A stretch of 64,000 nucleotides of DNA from Candidatus Magasanikiibacteriota bacterium (GTDB lineage: Bacteria > Patescibacteriota > Patescibacteriia > Magasanikbacterales > GWA2-37-8). The notes beneath the pieces were generated by a model. It made no database searches. It was given only the letters and a program-made list of their open reading frames with translations, and was not told the origin of the DNA. Positions within the stretch are counted from its first letter, which is position 1. Each line of letters starts with the position of its first letter. The DNA lies in contig JBAYNU010000003.1 of assembly GCA_041678665.1 (NCBI GenBank), forward strand, positions 12,008 to 76,007, in the 5' to 3' direction. The position numbers were made by a program, and so were the translations under genes. This document shows, piece by piece, positions 1 through 10,297 of the stretch.

Positions 1-45
1 TTTATTGAGCTATATTTTTATAATTTTTTAAATTATTTAATTACT

Positions 46-1116
46 ATGGAAATTAGTAGTTTGGCTTTTCAAAACTTACCGGAATACGATCATCATAAAT
101 TAGTAGTCAAGGTGGAAGATGAATCGGTGGGCTTGAAAGGTTTTATAGCCATCCACTGTTTTAATGGTGCCTTCCCGGCATTAGGAGCTACGCGTTTGTG
201 GAACTATCATTTTGAGGAGGAGGCGTTACGCGATGCTCTGCGTTTGTCAAAATTGATGACGTACAAATCGGTATTGGCTGGTTTGCCTTATACTGGAGCC
301 AAAGCCGCCCTTATCCTTAATCCAAAATCACAAATTAATCGCGAGGCAATGTTTCGTTCTTATGCTAAAAAAGTTAATGAGTTGAAGGGGCAATTCGTTA
401 CTGGCACAGATGTGGGGGTGAGCAATAAAGATTTAGATATAATGTGCACAGAAAGCAGTTTTATGATTGGCGAGGGAGTAGACTCCGGTTATTTTACCGC
501 CATCGCGGTACTTGACGGTATTAAACGCGCGCTTAAAGATCGTTTTGGCACCGACGATGTTTCGCGCCGCACTTTTGCTATTCAAGGTTTGGGAAAAACC
601 GGATATCCTTTATTAAAATTCTTGGTAAAAGCCGGCGCAGAAAAAATTTATGTAACCGATATCAACCCGCGCAAGGCATGGTATGCCAAAATTCGTTTTC
701 CGCATATTAAATTGATAAATCCAGTGGAAATACATTGTCAGGCGGTGGATGTTTTTTGTCCTTGCGCCATGAGTCATTCTATTAACGAAGACAGCGTTTC
801 ACAGTTGCAATGTAAAATCGTAGCCGGGTCGGCTAATAATCAATTGGATAGCAAGGAGACCGGGGAATTATTATTTAAAAAAGGTATTTTATATGCGCCC
901 GATTTTGTGATTAATGCCGGTGGAATAATTAGTGTGGTTGACCAGTATGAAAACAAAACACACAGTGAAGAGAGGATTTTGGAAAAATTAAAGAAAGTGG
1001 GAGAAAATTTATCCAAGATTTTTGAGACTAGTCGCCAAGAGAATAAAGCGCCCAATTTCGTCGCTACAGAAATTGCGGATAAAATTATTACTAATTATGC
1101 CAAAGCCAATAATTGA
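46..1116 (+). CDS. Glu/Leu/Phe/Val amino acid dehydrogenase
   Basis: Motifs GATR, MTYK, GAKA, GTDVG, IQGLGKTG (NAD binding), GSANNQL, APDFVINAGG. Confidence 0.92.
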   Translation: MEISSLAFQNLPEYDHHKLVVKVEDESVGLKGFIAIHCFNGAFPALGATRLWNYHFEEEALRDALRLSKLMTYKSVLAGLPYTGAKAALILNPKSQINREAMFRSYAKKVNELKGQFVTGTDVGVSNKDLDIMCTESSFMIGEGVDSGYFTAIAVLDGIKRALKDRFGTDDVSRRTFAIQGLGKTGYPLLKFLVKAGAEKIYVTDINPRKAWYAKIRFPHIKLINPVEIHCQAVDVFCPCAMSHSINEDSVSQLQCKIVAGSANNQLDSKETGELLFKKGILYAPDFVINAGGIISVVDQYENKTHSEERILEKLKKVGENLSKIFETSRQENKAPNFVATEIADKIITNYAKANN

Positions 1117-2629
1117 TTGGCAAAAAATATCGGCAAAGAAATTTATTAAATTACTCGGCATCAAGCCGGAAAGTTTTTGGGTTAAGCGTGGCGAGGCGAT
1201 GACACTTCAGTTGTTTAATCAAATGGCGACACGCGTGCCCGCTTATCGAAATTTTTTGAGAAAAAGCGGTATTAAACCCCAAAGAATAAAATCAATTAGT
1301 AATTTCAAAAAAATACCAACCATTAGCAAAGATAGTTATCTCAAGAAATATGATTTAGGCAATTTGTGTTGGGACGGCGAATTTTCCTCGCGTCATTGGG
1401 ATGTTTCTTCTACCTCTGGCTCTACCGGCGTGCCTTATTATTTTCCCAGATCCGACAGGCAAAATGCTCAATATGCTTTTACCGCTGAATTATATTTGCG
1501 CAATAATTTTTTCATACACAAAAAGACGACCCTGTATGTTAATTGTTTTGCTTTGGGTGTGTGGATTGGGGGATTGTTTACTTACGAAGCGCTTAAGCTT
1601 TTGACACGTCACGGCGTATATGGTTTAACAGTTATTAATCCAGGGTTAAACAAAATAGAAATTTTGAAAGCCATCTCTCGATTAGGCGGCGATTTTGACC
1701 AGGTGATTATTGGCGGGTATCCTCCTTTTGTTAAAGATGTAATTGATGACGGTTCAACCCATGGCGTTGATTGGAAAAAATATAATATAAAATTTATTTT
1801 CTCTGCCGAAGGATTCAGTGAAAAATTTAGAGATTATATTTTTGCTTGTTCCGAAGCAAAAAATATTTATTTGGACTCACTCAATCATTATGGCACGGTT
1901 GATCAAGGGACTTTAGCTCACGAAACCCCACTTAGCGTGATGATTAGGAGGCTGGCGTTGAAAGACGCTAAATTATATTCGGCAATTTTTGGCGCAAACG
2001 ATAGCCAGCTTCCCACTTTGGCCCAATATCATCCGGAATTGTTTTATTTTGAAGAAATCAATGGGAGTTTATTATGTTCGGCTTATAGTGGGTTGCCTTT
2101 GGTGCGGTATGATTTAAAAGATTATGGTGGTGTAGTAGGTTTTGAAGAGATGAAAAATATTTTTTTTGAGCACGGTTATGATTTGTGGCGTGAGGCCAAA
2201 AAAGCAAAAATAAATAAAACTGTCTGGCAGATTCCGTTTGTGTATGTGCGCGCGCGTAAGGATTTGAGCGTAAGTTTATCCGGGGCTAATATTTATCCAG
2301 AAACGATTAAAAATGTTTTGATTTATCCAGAGTTTAGTAAAACGTTGACAGGAAAATTTACTTTGTTAGTAAAGCATGACAAAAATCAAAATCCTTTTTT
2401 AGAGCTTAATATAGAATTAAAGAAAAATGTTTCCATGCCCAGTTTGAATTTTAAAAAAAGGTTAGTAGCCACAGTCGTCGCCCAGCTCTTAAAAGAAAAT
2501 TCGGAATATAAGATTATACACGATACTCACAAACGAAAACGCGGGGCTTATCCTGTTGTAGTTTTTCATTATTACGAAAGTGATCCATATTTTAGGAGTG
2601 GCGGAAAACAAAAATGGGTAATTAAATAA
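1097..2629 (+). CDS. Phenylacetate-CoA ligase-like (PaaK family) adenylate-forming enzyme
   Basis: VPAYR, SSTSGSTGVP, YGTVDQG, PLVRYDLKD, GANIYP; probable start ATG 1097 (MPKPII) rather than 1022. Confidence 0.85.
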   Translation: MPKPIIDWQKISAKKFIKLLGIKPESFWVKRGEAMTLQLFNQMATRVPAYRNFLRKSGIKPQRIKSISNFKKIPTISKDSYLKKYDLGNLCWDGEFSSRHWDVSSTSGSTGVPYYFPRSDRQNAQYAFTAELYLRNNFFIHKKTTLYVNCFALGVWIGGLFTYEALKLLTRHGVYGLTVINPGLNKIEILKAISRLGGDFDQVIIGGYPPFVKDVIDDGSTHGVDWKKYNIKFIFSAEGFSEKFRDYIFACSEAKNIYLDSLNHYGTVDQGTLAHETPLSVMIRRLALKDAKLYSAIFGANDSQLPTLAQYHPELFYFEEINGSLLCSAYSGLPLVRYDLKDYGGVVGFEEMKNIFFEHGYDLWREAKKAKINKTVWQIPFVYVRARKDLSVSLSGANIYPETIKNVLIYPEFSKTLTGKFTLLVKHDKNQNPFLELNIELKKNVSMPSLNFKKRLVATVVAQLLKENSEYKIIHDTHKRKRGAYPVVVFHYYESDPYFRSGGKQKWVIK

Positions 2630-2634
2630 ATTTT

Positions 2635-3729
2635 ATGGTTAAAGATAATTTTGACAGACATACTTGGCAACCGGTGAAAGTAAGCGTAAAGGGGTGTGCG
2701 TTAGAAGATTTTATTAAGAAATATCCCGGCATACAAATAGTTGATCAATTGGAGGCTCAGTTGGAAGAGTTGTTTTTATTACGTCACCCTCAATATCGCT
2801 TTAATAGAGAATACCAAAAAGATTGGCTGGATTATTTAAAAAAGAATTATAATATTGAGGATTTGTCATTGGAAGGGGAATGGTTTTATTTTCCTTGGTC
2901 TAATCGCCTTGTTCATTATTTGGGAGAGTCGTTTCACAATGAATTGCGCACTGGAAGAAATCGCAATTTAATTACGGCGGAAGAACAAGAAAAATATTAT
3001 CGTTCCAGTATTGGTATTTTAGGGATGAGCGTGGGTAGCCACGTAGCTTTGACTATCGCCATGACGGGTGGCGCTAAATTTTTGAAATTAGCCGATCCAG
3101 ACACTATATCGGGCTCAAATTTAAATCGTATTCGTAGCGGTTTTGATATGATCGGATTGGGCAAGGTAGTAGCCGTAGCCAGGCAAATAGCGGAAATTAA
3201 TCCTTATGTCAAGGTGTCTGTTTACGAAAAAGGATTAACCGAGGAAAATATTGACGATTTTTTGCGGGGTGAAAAAGAACTTGATTTAGTGGTGGAAGAA
3301 ATGGATAATCCTTATTTAAAATTATTAGTCAGAGAAAAAGCTCGTTTCCAAGGTTTGCCGGTTATTATGGCTGCCGATAATGGGGATGGAGTGGTGGTGG
3401 ATGTGGAACGATTCGATTTTGATAAAAATTATCCCATTCTTCATGGTATTTTAGGGAATAAGGGTGCTACCGAATTAAAACAAGTTGAGCACCGTGATTT
3501 GCCTGGGATTATAGCTAAAATGGCGGGGGCAGAATTTGCGGCGCCAAGGATGATGGAATCAGTTTCCGCCGTAGGCAAGAGTTTGTATTCTTGGCCTCAG
3601 CTAGGGACGGCTGCCACTTTATGTGGTTCTGTTTTGACTAATTTGGGTCGGCGGATATTATTAGGAGATAGTTTTTCCAGCGGACGTTATGTAGTGGGTG
3701 AAAAAGAAATGTTTAAAAAAGTTATATAA
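2635..3729 (+). CDS. ThiF-family adenylyltransferase (Rv1355c-like)
   Basis: RNRNLIT, GMSVG, ADPDTISGSNLNR, ERFD, SWPQL motifs. Confidence 0.85.
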   Translation: MVKDNFDRHTWQPVKVSVKGCALEDFIKKYPGIQIVDQLEAQLEELFLLRHPQYRFNREYQKDWLDYLKKNYNIEDLSLEGEWFYFPWSNRLVHYLGESFHNELRTGRNRNLITAEEQEKYYRSSIGILGMSVGSHVALTIAMTGGAKFLKLADPDTISGSNLNRIRSGFDMIGLGKVVAVARQIAEINPYVKVSVYEKGLTEENIDDFLRGEKELDLVVEEMDNPYLKLLVREKARFQGLPVIMAADNGDGVVVDVERFDFDKNYPILHGILGNKGATELKQVEHRDLPGIIAKMAGAEFAAPRMMESVSAVGKSLYSWPQLGTAATLCGSVLTNLGRRILLGDSFSSGRYVVGEKEMFKKVI

Positions 3730-3732
3730 GAT

Positions 3733-4779
3733 ATGAAAAAAAATTACGAAGCTTGGTTAGTGGATGAAAAAGATTATCCTCGGCAAGGTGGACTTAGACA
3801 GAAGTTGGAGTTTATTTTAAGATATGCTATTTTAGCGCCGTCAGCTCATAATACCCAGCCTTGGTGTTTTAAAATTATTGATAATAAAATTTTAGTTTAT
3901 ATCAATCAAAATCGAGCGTTAGGCGTATCGGATATTGTTAGGCGTCAGACCTATGAAAGCATAGGAGCTTGTTTGACTAATTTGCAATGCGCCTTGTGTC
4001 ATTTTGGTTTTAAAAATAATTTAGACTATCACATAGATTCTGCTGTTGATGATAATAATCATAGGCAATTGGTAGCCACAATATTTATCGGTGATGAGTG
4101 TGAGAGTAGTTGCGAAATTAAACGTTTTTTTACTTTTATACAAAAACGGCACAGTGCTAAGTTGGCTTATTTACCTGATAAATTATCGGATGAGAATATG
4201 GGGATAATGCAGACATTAGTGGCTGACAAAAGTGGAATTAATTTACATTTTTTTAGCGGTGCCGATGTAATAAAAAATTTTTCTCAGATTGTGGCATTGG
4301 GAACGATTGAAGCGTTCAATAATAAAGAATTTTGTAGAGAGTTAAGCGAGTGGGTGCGCCCTAGTTGGACTAAACGGGGAGACGGCATGCCGGCTAGTAC
4401 GGTTGGAATCCCTTTTATTTTATCTGGTTTGGTGCCATTCGTCATCGCGCATTTTAATACCGGAAAAATGCAAGCGCGTGATGTTGCCGTATTAGTTAAG
4501 AATACTCCCACGGTTGGTATTATAAGTGTTGACCATGAAACGCCTTTGGCGTGGATTCAGGTCGGAGAAGGTTATCAGTTGTTGTCATTGTTTTTAACCA
4601 GTATCGGTTTTGACAATGCTCCTATGGGGGCGCCGATTGAATCTGACGCCGCCAAGTACGAACTAAAGATATCCGCAGGGATAACCGGTTATCCGGCAAT
4701 ATTTTTTAGGATAGGCGTACAAAAAAAAGTAGTAGATTTAGCCCCGCGTTTGTCAGTGCAGTCTTGTATTACTGTTTAA
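3733..4779 (+). CDS. Acg-type nitroreductase family protein
   Basis: LAPSAHNTQPW, SIGACLTNL, C-terminal FRIG...APR. Confidence 0.85.
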   Translation: MKKNYEAWLVDEKDYPRQGGLRQKLEFILRYAILAPSAHNTQPWCFKIIDNKILVYINQNRALGVSDIVRRQTYESIGACLTNLQCALCHFGFKNNLDYHIDSAVDDNNHRQLVATIFIGDECESSCEIKRFFTFIQKRHSAKLAYLPDKLSDENMGIMQTLVADKSGINLHFFSGADVIKNFSQIVALGTIEAFNNKEFCRELSEWVRPSWTKRGDGMPASTVGIPFILSGLVPFVIAHFNTGKMQARDVAVLVKNTPTVGIISVDHETPLAWIQVGEGYQLLSLFLTSIGFDNAPMGAPIESDAAKYELKISAGITGYPAIFFRIGVQKKVVDLAPRLSVQSCITV

Positions 4780-4783
4780 TTTT

Positions 4784-6436
4784 ATGCTTTATTCTTTGAA
4801 CTTTGATTTATTATCAGTGGGGGTAGCGGTAGCGGCCATTGGAATTTTTGGTTTTGTAGTTTTTTTCAATAATCGTGAAAGCTCAACTACTAGAGCATTT
4901 TTGTTTTTGTCATTAATTACCATATTTTGGGGTATAATAAATTATACGGCCTGCAATTCTTCTTTAATAATAACAGCATTATGGCTAATGAGATTAGTGA
5001 TGTTTTTTGCTGTTTGGCAAGCTTTTGCTTTATTTTTATTTTTTTATATTTTCCCTAATAATCATTATACTTTGTCAAAATTACCAGTTTACATATCCAC
5101 GGCCGTCACCATTTTAGTTTCGTTTTTAACTTTGACTCCTTATGTTTTTACCGGAGTAGACCATTTTATTCCAATGACCCCCCCGGTAGGTATAGTAGGA
5201 CCGGCCATGCCATTTTTTGGGATTATGGCAATAGGATTAGTAATTGCTGGGTTGGTAGTATTTTTTGCCAGAACTATTAAATCTGATAAAAAATCACGGC
5301 GTCCTTTTATTATAATTTGGACGGGTGCTTTAATGACCTTTTCTCTTATTATTATTTTTAATTTTATTTTTCCATCGGTTTTTAACGATTCAAGTCGAGT
5401 ACCATTGGGCGCGGTTTTTACTTTTCCTTTTATATTGTTTACTGCTTATGCCATTATAAAACATCGTTTATTAAATATCAGAATTATCGGTACTGAAGTT
5501 CTTACTTTTGCCCTTTCCTTAACAATTTTGTTGGAAGTATTATTGACCGACAGTTGGCCTTTAATTGTTTTTCGTTTTAGTTTGTTTATATTAGTAGTAA
5601 TATTTGGAGTATCTTTAATTAGAAGCGCCATCAAAGAAGTACGTCAGCGTGAGGAATTACAAAAGCTTACCGAAGAGCTTCAATCCGCCAATCTACGCCT
5701 TAAAGAGCTTGATCAACAAAAGACTGACTTTTTATCCATTGCCAGCCATCAATTGCGTACACCCCTTACTATTTTTAAAGGTTTTATTGAGCTTTTACAA
5801 GATGGTGCTTATGGTAAAATTACTAAAGAAACAAATAAAGTGTTAAAAGATTTTGATACTAACAATGAGCATTTAATAAAATTAGTAGATGAATTTTTGA
5901 ATGTATCACGTATTGAACAGGGGCGTACCAAATGGGAGTATGCCAATGTTGACATAGGTACGCTCATCGGGGAAGTGGTGCATGAGCTGCAGGTTAAAGC
6001 TAAAGGAAAAAATATGGAGGTAGTTTGGCACGGTCTCAGCAAGCCTTTGTCTGCCACAGTGGATAGAGAAAAGATTTACCAGGTGGTATACAATTTTGTC
6101 GACAATGCTATTAAGTATTGTGATCGTGGGAAAATAAATGTTAATTTAGCAGAAGAGAATGGCGGTTTGTCGGTTCGGGTAAAAGATCAGGGGGTTGGGT
6201 TTGGTAAGATTGATCAAGCGAATTTTTTTCAGAAATTTTATCGCGGGGATAATGTCAAGAAATCGAATGTTACCGGCACCGGTTTGGGTATTTATATGTG
6301 CAGTAAATTCATTGAAGGGCACAATGGCAAGGTTTGGGCTCTCTCTCCAGGACTTGGTAAAGGCAGTGAGTTTGGTTTTTGGATACCATTTGATGGTCAG
6401 CCTAAAGCATCAACGGGAACAGTAGTAACTGAGTAG
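4784..6436 (+). CDS. Multi-TM sensor histidine kinase
   Basis: ~8-9 hydrophobic segments then ASHQLRTPL (H box), NFVDNAIKY, DQGVG, GTGLG. Confidence 0.92.
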   Translation: MLYSLNFDLLSVGVAVAAIGIFGFVVFFNNRESSTTRAFLFLSLITIFWGIINYTACNSSLIITALWLMRLVMFFAVWQAFALFLFFYIFPNNHYTLSKLPVYISTAVTILVSFLTLTPYVFTGVDHFIPMTPPVGIVGPAMPFFGIMAIGLVIAGLVVFFARTIKSDKKSRRPFIIIWTGALMTFSLIIIFNFIFPSVFNDSSRVPLGAVFTFPFILFTAYAIIKHRLLNIRIIGTEVLTFALSLTILLEVLLTDSWPLIVFRFSLFILVVIFGVSLIRSAIKEVRQREELQKLTEELQSANLRLKELDQQKTDFLSIASHQLRTPLTIFKGFIELLQDGAYGKITKETNKVLKDFDTNNEHLIKLVDEFLNVSRIEQGRTKWEYANVDIGTLIGEVVHELQVKAKGKNMEVVWHGLSKPLSATVDREKIYQVVYNFVDNAIKYCDRGKINVNLAEENGGLSVRVKDQGVGFGKIDQANFFQKFYRGDNVKKSNVTGTGLGIYMCSKFIEGHNGKVWALSPGLGKGSEFGFWIPFDGQPKASTGTVVTE

Positions 6437-6501
6437 CTTTTCGAATTTTTATATTTGTGATATAATATTTGTATATTTAATTTTATTCATTCATTTCAAT
6501 T

Positions 6502-6972
6502 ATGATGTTTCAAAAACCAAATTCCAAACAATTAGCTGATGTTGAAATATTGGCACCCATACAGTCGGTGGTTGCGTCCGAAGATAATGTAGAAACAATT
6601 GTGGGCCCATCGGTGAATGTGGAGGGTGATTTTGCATCAGAAGGTAATATTATCGTAAAAGGTTCAGTAGCCGGAAGCGTGCATACTAGTCGACACCTGG
6701 CGGTTGAGTTCGGTGCAAAAATTATGGCTAATGTTCGAGCTGGAAGCGCACAAGTGGCGGGTGAAGTGCGCGGCAACATGAAAGTTAAAGAGTCGCTGGA
6801 GCTATTATCCACTGCTCGGGTTACCGGTGATATTGAGGCTAAGACACTAGTGATTGAAGCAGGAGCTTTACTTTTTGGTAAAGTGATGATGCCGGGATTG
6901 GAAGAATCTAAACCAAAATCAACGCGTGGTGGTTTTGGTAAAAAGTCAGAAGAGATAGCCGCTGTTGTTTAA
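6502..6972 (+). CDS. Bactofilin / polymer-forming cytoskeletal protein
   Basis: TIVGPSVNVEGD...IIVKGSVAG...ARVTGDI...LVIEAGALLFG beta-helix repeats. Confidence 0.9.
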   Translation: MMFQKPNSKQLADVEILAPIQSVVASEDNVETIVGPSVNVEGDFASEGNIIVKGSVAGSVHTSRHLAVEFGAKIMANVRAGSAQVAGEVRGNMKVKESLELLSTARVTGDIEAKTLVIEAGALLFGKVMMPGLEESKPKSTRGGFGKKSEEIAAVV

Positions 6973-6984
6973 GATTTAGAATTT

Positions 6985-7024
6985 GTCCCGACGTTAAGTC
7001 GGGATCCCGATTTGAACATCGGGA
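6985..7024. repeat. REP-like palindromes
   Basis: tcccgac-gttaa-gtcggga followed by tcccgat-ttgaac-atcggga. Confidence 0.65.
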
Positions 7025-7042
7025 GTTATTGGAAATTCCGGT

Positions 7043-7807
7043 ATGTATGTTTATATTTACGACAACTTTCTTCGTAATAAAAAGTTTGAGTCAGCCATTA
7101 AAGCCATAGAAGTGAGGTTGACTGATTATGGTATTGCCGGCAAGATTTTACGTCTCAATAATTATACCGATGCTAAGCCAGTAATTGATGACGAAATTAA
7201 GCGTGGAGCTAAAACTATCGTAATAGTTGGCAATGATGAAACTTTTGGACATGTCTTATCGCGTGCTGCCACCTGCGAGTGTGTTTTTGGTTTTTTACCT
7301 ATAGGTCCAAATAATACCATTGCCAATGTTTTGGGAATTTCAGTGGGGGTTGAAGCCTGTGATGTTTTATCGCGTCGGCGCAAAGAGAAATTGGATGTTG
7401 GTTGGATGAATAATCGTTATTTTATTTCTCAATTACATGTATTGCCGGCCAAAGTGGAAGTAATTTACGATGAACGTTTTAAAGCTTATGCCAATGATAA
7501 GATGGAGGTAGTGGTATGTAATTTGCAGCCGTTTTATTGGAAAAAAGACAGTAAAAGTAGGGAGCAATATGTTGTTCATCCTCAAGATAGAAAGTTGGAA
7601 GCGTTTTTGAGGCCATTGACAAAGAAGGGGTGGTTCGGGTATAAATATGAGGAACCAAGTATTTTCCCTTTTGAAGAGATGGAAATAAGTAGCAGAGAAC
7701 CATTTACTGTAGAAGCCGATGGTAAGATTTCTAAAGAAATAAAAGTAAAAATTAAGCTAGCTCACGGAAAAATAGAGATGATTGTTGGCCGTAACCGAAA
7801 ATTTTGA
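7043..7807 (+). CDS. Diacylglycerol/lipid kinase family protein
   Basis: IVIVGNDETF, FLPIG..NTIANVLG, LDVG, ADG motifs. Confidence 0.75.
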   Translation: MYVYIYDNFLRNKKFESAIKAIEVRLTDYGIAGKILRLNNYTDAKPVIDDEIKRGAKTIVIVGNDETFGHVLSRAATCECVFGFLPIGPNNTIANVLGISVGVEACDVLSRRRKEKLDVGWMNNRYFISQLHVLPAKVEVIYDERFKAYANDKMEVVVCNLQPFYWKKDSKSREQYVVHPQDRKLEAFLRPLTKKGWFGYKYEEPSIFPFEEMEISSREPFTVEADGKISKEIKVKIKLAHGKIEMIVGRNRKF

Positions 7808-7852
7808 ATTAAAAGTCAATGAATTATAAGGTCAAGTAAATAAAATGCAGTT

Positions 7853-7936
7853 GCCCAGGTGGCGAAATTGGTAGACGCACTACCTTGAGGTGGTAACGCT
7901 CGTAAGGGCATGGAGGTTCGAGTCCTCTCCTGGGCA
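7853..7936 (+). tRNA. tRNA-Leu(GAG)
   Basis: gcccagg...cctgggca acceptor, long variable arm, anticodon loop ttGAGgt, ggttcgagtcc T-arm. Confidence 0.93.
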
Positions 7937-7963
7937 CAAATAGGTATTCTTTTAAATGTCGCT

Positions 7964-8206
7964 ATGCAATACTTTATTGGCATTATTGCAATTTTAATTG
8001 GCGTATCGCTTATCATAAAGACAGAATGGTACGTAGCTAATTTTGGCGCGAGCGCTTGGGCTGAAGATAAATTTGGCACCACCGGCGGTACGCGCATTAT
8101 GTATAAATTAATCGGTTTGGTTTTTATTTTTGTTGGATTTTTAGCCGTTACCAATATGTGGACCAGTTTTCTTATGGCCACTGTCGGTAAAATTTTTATT
8201 AGGTAA
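7964..8206 (+). CDS. Small membrane protein
   Basis: Two hydrophobic helices; ATG 7964 lies downstream of the tRNA. Confidence 0.7.
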   Translation: MQYFIGIIAILIGVSLIIKTEWYVANFGASAWAEDKFGTTGGTRIMYKLIGLVFIFVGFLAVTNMWTSFLMATVGKIFIR

Positions 8207-8241
8207 TATCAGTAATTTTGTTTGTTGATAAATAAAAGTTT

Positions 8242-8790
8242 ATGACTAATGCGGGTGTTGCTTTAATTGATCCGCGTGCGGTATTTGAAAAAATTAATCT
8301 TAGCAAAGGCATGCGGGTGGCCGATCTTGGCTGTGGTCGCACCGGTCATTTTGTTTTTTCTGCTTCGCGCATTGTTGGCGACACTGGTGTAGTTTATGCG
8401 GTTGACGTTATAAAAGATATTTTAGAAAGTTTAAAAAGTCGAGTGCGTTCCGAAGGGTTCGATAATGTCCAGCCGATTTGGTCTGATATCGAAATACTTG
8501 ACAAAACCCCAATTCCTAGCAGTAGTTTGGATATTTGTTTTTTTGTTAATGTAATGTTTTTGCTTGGAGATAAGGTTTCAGCGCTCAAAGAATCAACTCG
8601 TATGCTCAAGCCGGGCGGGCTAATCACTGTTATTGATTGGGCAAAAAAACTTGGTCCTCTTGGTCCTGGCCCGGAGTTAATGACTACGCCGGAAGACATT
8701 ATTAATTTGGCTAAAAAATTAGGTTTGACGTTGTTGAATAATTTTTCTTTAGGAGGTTATCATTATTGTTTAATTTTTAAAAAGTGTTGA
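8242..8790 (+). CDS. Class I SAM-dependent methyltransferase
   Basis: VADLGCGRTG, VYAVD, RMLKPGG. Confidence 0.9.
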   Translation: MTNAGVALIDPRAVFEKINLSKGMRVADLGCGRTGHFVFSASRIVGDTGVVYAVDVIKDILESLKSRVRSEGFDNVQPIWSDIEILDKTPIPSSSLDICFFVNVMFLLGDKVSALKESTRMLKPGGLITVIDWAKKLGPLGPGPELMTTPEDIINLAKKLGLTLLNNFSLGGYHYCLIFKKC

Positions 8791-8791
8791 T

Positions 8792-9190
8792 ATGAGTATA
8801 TTTAACCTGTTAAAATTGGATTATTGGTTTAGTCAGCCCTATATCGCCTATGGCACTACCAAATGGCTTTGGGTGATAATTTTTTTAGTATTGATTCTAA
8901 CCGGATTAATTTTTCGGATATTACAAAATATAGGCAAAGATAACGCTTACAAAGAAATTTTTCGTCGTGGTTCTAATCTAGGATTAACGATTGGACTTTT
9001 AGGAATCGTTTGGCTATTTTTTCGTCAAGAGAGAGTGCCGTTTTTAGCTTGGAGATTTTGGCTTTTATTTTTGATTATTGGCGGAATTTTTTGGAAGGTT
9101 AAGCTATTGTTTTATTATTTTAAACGTTTGCCGGCGATAAGAGCAGAAAAACAACAGCGTGAGCTGAAAAATAAGTATTTACCGAAGTAA
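8792..9190 (+). CDS. Hypothetical membrane protein
   Basis: 3 TM segments, operonic spacing, KYLP C-terminus. Confidence 0.75.
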   Translation: MSIFNLLKLDYWFSQPYIAYGTTKWLWVIIFLVLILTGLIFRILQNIGKDNAYKEIFRRGSNLGLTIGLLGIVWLFFRQERVPFLAWRFWLLFLIIGGIFWKVKLLFYYFKRLPAIRAEKQQRELKNKYLPK

Positions 9191-9192
9191 TC

Positions 9193-9549
9193 ATGACTAG
9201 GAGGCTAAAAGATATCGGTGATTGGGGTGAGCAGCAGGCTTGTGAATTTTTGTCGCGTCAAGGATTTAAAGTAATTGAAAGAAATTTTTTCACTACTACT
9301 GGTGAGATAGATATTGTCGCCCAAAAAGGTGGCGATTTGTTTTTTATTGAAGTTAAAACTCGTTTGGATCGGGAGTTGGCTAATGATAGCGCGGTAACCA
9401 AATTTAAAAAACATAAATTTGAAAAGGCGGTAAGGGCGTATTGTTACAAACGTCACATCCTGGAAGTCGGCCTAATTATGGCCGGGTTGATTATTTTTGT
9501 GGATAAAATCAACAAGAAAGTAAATTTTCGGTTGGCGGTGTGGGCTTGA
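9193..9549 (+). CDS. yraN: YraN/UPF0102 family PD-(D/E)XK protein
   Basis: GDWGEQQA, GEIDIVA, FIEVKTR. Confidence 0.9.
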   Translation: MTRRLKDIGDWGEQQACEFLSRQGFKVIERNFFTTTGEIDIVAQKGGDLFFIEVKTRLDRELANDSAVTKFKKHKFEKAVRAYCYKRHILEVGLIMAGLIIFVDKINKKVNFRLAVWA

Positions 9550-9603
9550 CTTCGATGTTATTTAATGGTATAATTTGGTCAAATAAATTTTAATTATAAA
9601 AAT

Positions 9604-10182
9604 ATGCAAAATTTTAAAAAAGAACGCACTTATACCATGATCAAGCCTGATGGTGTAAAAAAAGGTTTGATTGGCGAAATTATTCGTCGTTTTGAACAGC
9701 GCGATCTTAAAATTGTGGCTTTGGAGATGTTTCAGCCCACCCATGATGAGATTGATAATCATTATCCCAAGGATGAAGCATGGATTCGCCGTGTCGGTCA
9801 GAAAACTTTGACCACTTATGCCAAATATGGGGTTGATGCCAAAAAAGAATTGGGCACTGAAGATGATTTGGAAATTGGTAAAATGGTGCGTATATGGTTG
9901 ATAGATTATATGACTTCCGCACCGCTTGTAAAAATGGTGGTGGAAGGCGTGCATGCGGTGGATATGGTTCGAAAGATTTGCGGTGCTACCTTGCCTTACT
10001 TGGCTGATATGGGCACGATTCGCGGTGATTATAGCGCTGATTCGCCGGCTGTAGCCAACGGTGAAAAACGGGCAGTCATGAATTTAATTCACGCTAGCGA
10101 AACTGCTGCCGAAGCCGAACACGAAATTAAACATTGGTTTGGTAAAAAAACTATTTACGATTATAGCCGCTTCACCGATTAG
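9604..10182 (+). CDS. ndk: Nucleoside diphosphate kinase
   Basis: ERTYTMIKPDGV, GTIRGD, NLIHAS. Confidence 0.96.
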   Translation: MQNFKKERTYTMIKPDGVKKGLIGEIIRRFEQRDLKIVALEMFQPTHDEIDNHYPKDEAWIRRVGQKTLTTYAKYGVDAKKELGTEDDLEIGKMVRIWLIDYMTSAPLVKMVVEGVHAVDMVRKICGATLPYLADMGTIRGDYSADSPAVANGEKRAVMNLIHASETAAEAEHEIKHWFGKKTIYDYSRFTD

Positions 10183-10185
10183 ATT

Positions 10186-10255
10186 ATCATCTTGAGCCAT
10201 GCCTACCGGCAGGCAGGCGAAGCCCCGCCTCGGTGGGGTGGAGTCGAAGGATCTG
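10186..10255. repeat. REP-like element (tcatcttgagc...gtcgaaggatct family)
   Basis: Shares ends with copies at 11850 and 13214; internal GC hairpins. Confidence 0.7.
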
Positions 10256-10269
10256 TCATTTACAAATTT

Positions 10270-10297
10270 AAAAACACGCCTTAATTGGTGTGTTTTA
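10270..10297. terminator. Bidirectional intrinsic terminator
   Basis: aaaaacacgcc-ttaatt-ggtgtgtttt. Confidence 0.65.

Noticed and set aside
7816-8181. Minus-strand 121-aa ORF and the extension 7910-7963
   Set aside because: They overlap tRNA-Leu and the real small membrane gene
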